Source of the DNA: Amphiscolops sp. MND2022
Taxonomy: Eukaryota
Assembly: GCA_964187785.1 (NCBI GenBank)
Contig: OZ076409.1
Span: 52,144,001-52,208,000, forward strand
DNA length: 64,000 nt
Direction of reading: 5' to 3'
This document shows, one piece after another, positions 56,701-64,000 of the stretch. Position numbers and translations under genes: made by a program. Numbering within the stretch: the first letter of the stretch is position 1; each line of letters starts with the position of its first letter. Below the pieces are notes generated by a model. The model worked only from the letters and a program-made list of their open reading frames with translations. It did not search any database and had not been told where the DNA came from.

Positions 56701-59700
56701 GGAGCGGAACTGCGTGAGCAAAGCGCTCACTCTCGGAACAACATGAATGAAATGACGAACAAAGAGTCACCCCAGAGAAGCAACAAGGAACCCTGTTTTG
56801 GGCAAATTGATTCAAAGAGCATTGTTGGATCACATTTGCGCTCTAACCGTGAAAGCGTTGAAAGTAGTTCAACAATGACAATTGTAAAGCAAACTCAACC
56901 AAGGCATACTTCAAGCAAAGAAAGTTCAGGTGATCGCAATGAATCGCTGAAAAGAAGAAAAGACGAACTTTTGGGCAAGCAAGAAGAAAGGGCTTCGCTC
57001 AAAGCTCTTGACTGTACAACAAAAGGAAAGTGTACAGTGAAAAAATGGAAACCTGAGCAGATGAAGTGTTCAGACAAGTGTCCAAACCATGGAAAGTTGC
57101 AAGACAAAACTATCAAACGTGAAGCACATGAAGATTCAAATATGACAAATATTGAAAGCAATGCAAACAAAGGAACTTCGAAAAATCTAATCGCAGAATG
57201 GATGTGGAACTGGCCAGAAACGTTCTTTGTAGACAATGGCTGGCAAGACTTCCGATCAGAAATCCTCCTCGTGGATACAGAACAAGTTTTGGAAGAAGAG
57301 ATTCACTTGGTCATGAGTGAGCACTTGGTAGTGCAAACAGAGGAGACTTTGGATTACAGAATGACTGAAACAATGCAAGAGCATCGAAGCTTAGCGTTTG
57401 CATCGAACAATGAATCTTCGGAAGATTTCAGTGTGCAATTGGAAGTGCTGCAAGTGATGGCAGAAGTTTCCACCGTACTACAGGACGTGCGACAGGGGAA
57501 ACTGTTCCAAGTGACAGTGTTCTATGACATTACTCTACTTCTTGAAGAAAGAAACAAATGTTATGAATTTGTCAAATGTTATGACTTTGTGAATGAGCAA
57601 CGATATACACTTCCAGAAGACTTGAATGAAATAGTCATGCATCGAAAGCAATGCCACGTTGCAATGAAACATGAAAAACCCGCGAAAAGCAATGCTAAAA
57701 CGGAAACACAAGTCGTGAATGCAACCTTTGGAAAGAAAACGAATTTCGACTTCAAGGAAAGTCTTTTAGAAGAAACTAACCTGAGTCATAGAAATGTATG
57801 GAACCATTGGATTGGTAATGGAAACTCAGGGATGGACGGAGTGTCACAGGCTAACGACATTGACAAAACACAATTGAGCAAAGGCCACCGCAAGCAACTG
57901 AAGAAAAGAATTTGGAAGATTGAACATAACTGGAACCTGATTCATGGAATGGAGGAAGGAGCTCAGTTGAACATGAATGGAACACCACAAGATGACACAC
58001 TTTGGCTACGTGAGTTCAGAGACAACTCATCAGTGTCAAGAATGGAAATGTGTTCTTTGAAAGTACCAACCACAGCAAGTTGGAGCGACGGGTCTTGCAA
58101 TGGGCCGGCTGCACTTTTCAAGACAATGTGGACTCGGCATGGGTCTTTTGGTAAATTGGAAGTTTTTGCTGATCTATCGGAGCCGGTTAGAAACCTAGAT
58201 GAAAAGAAATTGAAGTTTTGTAGTGAGAGAAGCACAGTGAATCTCTACAAACAGAAGCGGAAGCAAAACACCACGGCATTGCAGTTGTTTGGAGAAAACT
58301 CGGATGTAGCTACGAAAAACGACGTGTCTGTAAGTAAAGAGCAAAATGCAGCGCAGCGACTGAGTTCACTATACAAATCCCCTCCTATTGGATAAAAAGA
58401 GAGCATTGAACACAAAAGAAAAAACTCCAGTCGCCGTAATGTTGGAAATTCACTTTATCTATTGATGATGATAATGGATGACTCAATAATCTCTTCCGAA
58501 CGCCAAATTGAAAGCTTGAGTATGGAACGAATAGAGAACGAACTCTCTTTGACATATCTTCCCTGCGGTCAGTCAACTTTGATGAGGAAATATGTAGCAG
58601 AGCAAATCTTGGGAAACTGTATGGAGACATTTTCGACTCATCTGGAAATCTTTTCTTTGGATGTTGAAGTAATTATGGAAGTCGAGTTAAATGTACTGAA
58701 GCAATTTTGTATCATACCTGTTAAAGGTTCAAGAGAAAAAGAATTGGTTGAACACAATAAATGTCGGACGTTGATGACGAAGATTGGGATGATGGGGAAA
58801 ACTATCACTTCAAACAAATCAACAGTTTTTTGGAAATATTTTGTGTTATGTCAACTTGTCGACAACAACTGTATGGTCAGGGAAATGGATTATGGGCTGG
58901 AGAAGCATTGCAGTAGAGAAAGAACACATCAAACAACTGGCAAACATGACTACGGTACAGAAGAATTCAGAAAGACAACGATGACTGATGACAATCTCAG
59001 ACCACCAGTAGTGAGACTGGCACCCATGTTCTACGAAAGTATTTTCGGGAGAAAAACAGGGCCGGCAATGTTGGCGCCAGTCAATTGCGAGATCAGAAAC
59101 TCAAATTTGAACGTGACTGACGAAACTTACAACTCAAAAGACTTAGAAAATTTATCAAGATTTTAGATGAAAAAATACAAGTCTAAGCAAAAATGACCCT
59201 ATGTAAAAAAGGGCCACCCCCCCGTCCCGGTAAACCACTCATTCAATCACCTTGAAACTTGGCACACATATAGTGGTGGTGATTCACTAACTTTTCACTC
59301 TTAACAACCTACCCCGTATCTCCCCTGGGTTCCGAGCAATTAACACCCAAAGTGACCTAGGTCGGACCCCATGAATTACCCAATTTTGATGTATCAATTA
59401 TTATGTGATTCTCTCATATGACCTTGAAGGAAATTCATCTCTGTTGAAATTACTGATATTTACATTGTGTAAACATACTTTCTAACCCACCTGACCAACA
59501 TGCCAAAACCACCTTATAGTTTGTTTACTTAGCCAATAACTTCATTTTATGCTTTAAATGTCATTTATTTATACAACATATTTCAACTAATATTTGTTCT
59601 ATATTTACTGTAGAATTGTAAACCACATGTATACCATTATGCGATAGAGATTTTAACGACTGAATAGCTGTAGTCAAGTTGGGTCTTAGGACCATTTCAA

Positions 59701-59964
59701 TTCTCAATTCATTTCTTCACCTCTTTTCGACTTTTCGCCAAAGACTAAGGGCGACTAAGTTAGTTACTCTCAACCTGTGGAGAGTTGGACGCGTTAAGAG
59801 ACAAGGAAGAAGTGCAATTCGGGATCATTGGATCCTATTAAGTCAAGATACAGTCCTTTTTAACCTAAGAAGCTAGCAGTGTTCGGTAACGATCCGCAGT
59901 GCCGAGCACCGAATTCAGGGCGGCGTAAAGTTTGGTCAATTGAAGGGATCAAGCAGCCGTTACA
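53777..59964 (+). mobile_element. Non-autonomous BEL/Pao-derived LTR element, copy B (LTRs 53777-54674 and 59069-59964)
   Basis: Perfect 5-bp TSD GTACT (53772-53776, 59965-59969), PBS at ~54677, PPT at ~59048-59061, nearly identical LTRs. Confidence 0.92.
55582..59166 (+). pseudogene. Copy B ORF, broken by stops at 56353 and 58393 and a late frameshift
   Basis: Collinear with the 1178-aa ORF of copy A. Confidence 0.85.
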
Positions 59965-60026
59965 GTACTATCTGATTAACTTTTAAAACAAGATTATTTC
60001 AAATTTTATCTTTCGGATTCTTATCG

Positions 60027-61668
60027 ATGCCTACTACTAGGAAGCAAAAGAAAGCTAGAAAGTCAAGGGGACTGGAGTGGCTCTCGGACATCGAGGAATC
60101 TAGATATAAAGCTATGTGGAAACCATTTTAACCCCAGAGAAAGGGATGAGAGTTTAAATAGCAACCTTGCTAGAGGGCCTGAAAGTGCATTACCAATGAT
60201 TTCGGAAACGAAGGCGAGAAAACTCATTTGAACCCGGGGATTGCCAATTTAGGTCTTAATACCGATTTTGTTCGAAATTCAGGAACTGTGAACTCTAGCT
60301 ATGAGATCAATAGACTGTCGAGTGAACTGAATTCTAGGATATCTAGGGAGATGGATGAGATGATGAACAGTGTCAATGTTCGAATCCAAAGAGCCATTAG
60401 TGATGCCATTAGTAATCATGTTTTACCACAGATTCAAATGCCATCTTGGCCAGTTCAAGAGAGGATGGAACTTTCCGGCTGAGAGACCAAAAATTAATCC
60501 CAATGATTACTGCAGTGAGAAAACTGAAGGAAACTTTAGAAGTGAGCTTACAGTGATTGTTTGCTCGCCAATATTCAAGAACAAGCTTACGACATGGTGG
60601 CAGGAGAAAACGAATCTCCAACCATAGTTCCTGAGCTTCTCACGGGACGAATGCCATCACGAAGCCATCTCAACCAATCACATGATGACCTCAATCCCCT
60701 ACCCGACACGACAATCCCAGCGCAAGAGAGAACCGCCCCGGCTACAGAATCAGATTCAATTAGCAGACTAGCTGATGTCTTGACGAATACGCAGAATCGT
60801 CCAACAGCCCAACAACTCACTATTCGTCCTGTCAATTTTGACACAACGACCTTTTGACGGCAAAAGCGAGAAGTTCGAGCTGTTTGAGGATCTTTTCCAC
60901 ACCATGATCAAGAAGCAGCCCGAGATGTCTGAGCAGATGAGAATCATCCACTTTCACTCACTTCTTAGGAAAAATGCGTTACAGACATCCAGAAACATTA
61001 GCACAGCCAAAAGACAAATTCTTGAAGACGTATTAGTCATCTTCAGACGCAAATACGTCAAGCCTGAGTCGTATGCCTGTGCCGTACATAAATGGCACCG
61101 CTTGATCTTCGACCCCAACACAATGAAGTTACCAGACTTCCTTGAAGAGTTGAAGCAGAACGCAGAAAAAGCGGTTGAAGACAACACCCAAAAAACGATT
61201 GACAGTCTCTTATACGCAACACTGCCACCAAAACTCAAATGATCAGTCAACATGGCCAGACTGGCAAATGGCTCATATGAGGAGATAGTTGCTCACTAGG
61301 AGAGAGAGCTCGAGCTTCACGCCCTTGAGGAGTCAGATGACCTACCAGTGGCAACGATGACCTCATCAACTTCTAAGCCTAAAACATCTCTCTCCACTGG
61401 GCAAACGTCCGACATCACCTGCAATTACTGCAAGGAAAAGGGCCACATGGTCAAAGACTGCGAGAAACTCGAAAGGAGAAAAGAAAAAGATGCCCAACAA
61501 GGAAAATCGACTCAGAAGAAAACCTATACTGAGTGTGGGACGTGTGGCAAGAAAAACCAACCTGAGGAAAAATGTTGGCAAGGCGCAGGTGCGCACCTCA
61601 AACCCAAACGGACCAGATCTGAGGATTCAAATTACAAAAATTCGGATTCTAAATTGCAAAAACATCGT
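60027..61668 (+). pseudogene. gag: Relic retrotransposon gag region (upstream coiled-coil ORF, capsid-like region, two zinc knuckles), truncated
   Basis: FDGKSEKFELFEDLF...HFHSLLRKNALQ...FRRKYVK, CNYCKEKGHMVKDC, CGTCGKKNQPEEKC; multiple stops and frameshifts. Confidence 0.75.
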
Positions 61669-64000
61669 GGTCCATCTTGAAGAACATATACTCTAGCGTA
61701 ATTCTATTTGAAGATATTTGTTAAACGTGCATTCTTTCTCGAAAACTAGTTCCACTAAAGGTATGCCTTTCCGCCTTCAATATATCGGATCACTTGAATT
61801 TCTTCCTCTTTTTCGCCAGCTAAAACTTTCTTGATGTCACCATTGGAAAATTCAACCAGCACATCTCGGATTATACCCCTATGTGATCTGCTTTCTTTCG
61901 GTGAAAAAACTCTAGTACATGTCCTGAGAAGATTCGGACACTTGTTTTTCACTCTAGTGCAACAGTCTTCGTTGTTAAATCTTCCCAAGCTTGTTGGTAG
62001 AAGTGGAATTCAGTTTGATGCTGGGGAAATGAGTATACAGCCTCCGCTTTTGTAATACACTAGGAGAAAGAATATCGTCATCTGTTGTGCCAGAAATGTA
62101 TAATGTTTGTTCATCAGGATACTTACGATTATCAGTGCAAGTTTCAGTTACTATAGTGGGAGGTTTTTCCGAAAGTTTGGATGCATAAGAGGGTTTATTG
62201 GTATTAAACGAGGTTACTAATTGTCGCAGGCTGCCGCCTATGATGACACTGATTATACAAATTCGGCCGCCAAGCAGGAAAAAACACCCGGAACTCTCCC
62301 CATTTAGTGAAACACAAACTAGTGAGTTATCGTAATCGTTCAAATTAGTTTGTTGAACTCTGTTGAAAACACTGTTGCTATTTTATACTTTTAGTCTGTT
62401 AAAGTATTACGATTTGGAAGTATCCAAATCAGGCAGTTGATCTATTAGAATAGAGTAAGTGCAAGATGAAACTCAGAAGAAGCTAAGATGAATTGAAAGC
62501 AACTAATCCGCAGAAAGGAAACGTGTTCAAATGCAGAAACGTCGTTTCTCGGCGTCGATGCTCTCAGCACACCAAACAACCAATCAAACTACTCCATTTA
62601 TTGTACTCAGTGTATATTCAATAAATTGGCCGGATACGGCCGTTTGACGCTGCTATGTAATTATTGAACAGGACAATAGGATAATGACCGGTTTGGGCCA
62701 TTCTCTTAATTCATTGCTTAAAATAAATCTAAGATGGAAAGATGTATGTCCTGATAATCATGTGCTACGCCCATCCAAACACCTTGCAATTAGTTGCTAA
62801 ACGCAATCGAGTGTTTTCAATTGAATGGTGATAATTTTTGACCACCAGTCTAATCACCTACTCTGGCCACAATCATTGTTGCATTCTTTGGCCAAATAAC
62901 CGGTTTGGGCTATAATACCATAACTTCTCGAGCATGAAATTTTTATAGTGGGTCTTTGAACTGCATACTCAGGCACGTGCTTACTAGTGCCTTACATTCT
63001 TTGAAGTGCTTTCAAGTGCTAACACCGATGATTAAACAAACCTAAATATTTGCTTTCCATTATTTTAAATTATTCCGCCCACTTTGAAGCGCCTATTTGT
63101 ATTCAATAAAACTCATTTCGCGTATTACTAGGAAGCACCTTAGCTTGATGTGATGTTGCCATAATTGACCACCATTTAATTCCAATATGTAAGGAATGTG
63201 AAGTATTGCCGAAATATTTTTGTTGCTACAGCTTCGTGTTTGTTATTTTGCCTGTCCTGCCAAATAAGTAAAATATGTGTTTGCCATTCCAACGGGGGAA
63301 TATATACCTATGGTCCCATTAGAAGACACAGTTTTTTTGCTTTACTTGATACAATTCAGTTGATTTTGTAAATCTGTAATATCTGACTAACTTTTAGAAC
63401 AAGATTATTTCATATTTTTTATCTTTCGGATACTTATCGATGCCTACTACTATGAAACAAAAGAAAGCTAGAAAGTCAAGGGGACTGGAGATGCTCTCGG
63501 ATTTGAGGAATCTAGATATAAGGCTATGTGAAAACCATTTTATCCCCAGAAAAAGGGATGAGAGTTTAAACACCAACCTTGCTAGAGGGCCTGAAAGTGC
63601 AGTTAGCAAGGATTTCGGAAACCAAGGCGAGGATACTCATTTGAACCCGGGTATTGCCAATTTAGGTCTTAATACCAAATTTGACCGAAATTGAGCAACT
63701 GTGAACTTTAACTATGAGATCAATAGACTGTCGAGTGAACTGAATTCTAGGATATTTAGGGAGATGGATGAGATGATGAACAGTGTCAAGGTTCGAATCC
63801 AAAGAGCCATTTGTGATGCCATTAGTAATCATGTTTTACCACAGATTCAAATGCCATCTTGGCCAGTTCAAGAGAGGATGGAACTTTCCGGCTGAGAGAC
63901 CAAAAATTAATCCCAATGATTACTGCAGTGAGAAAACTGAAGGAAACTTTAGAAGTGAGCTTACACGTGATTGTTTGCTCGACAATATTCAAGAACAAGC
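61669..64000. repeat. Older diverged duplicate of LINE ORF1/5' end plus spacer plus gag-relic start (paralogous to 52028-53776 joined to 59970-60590)
   Basis: Collinear match with many substitutions; lacks the BEL insertion (empty site GTAAT at ~63376-63380). Confidence 0.9.

Overview
Eukaryotic (metazoan-type, probably invertebrate) genomic DNA, not prokaryotic. The first 12 kb hold two minus-strand host genes: a six-exon DCP1 (mRNA-decapping cofactor, about 771 aa, all splice phases consistent) and a small POLR1D-isoform-2-like gene. Each has a copy of the same ~290 bp sequence just upstream. The remaining ~52 kb is a stack of transposable elements whose nesting order can be read from target-site duplications (TSDs). 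A decayed LINE hosts several MITEs. One MITE (13047-42724) contains a hAT element (13204-39403, TSD GTGGGGCA), which in turn contains an 18.8 kb Ty3/Gypsy LTR retrotransposon and a non-autonomous BEL/Pao-derived element. The same MITE also contains a second MITE carrying another hAT and another MITE. Downstream are a near-identical 5.68 kb tandem duplication, a second BEL-derived copy (TSD GTACT), a gag relic and an older duplication that preserves the empty BEL site. The most unusual object is the giant Gypsy. Its reconstructed ~3200-codon Gag-Pol has a duplicated protease (one degenerate, one intact) and ends in two tandem TARG1/Poa1p-like macrodomains. It also carries a separate ~1400-codon ORF3 with an SGNH/GDSL-like domain, whose frame opens exactly at a strong splice acceptor. 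All domain calls are by-eye motif recognition; no database searches were run.
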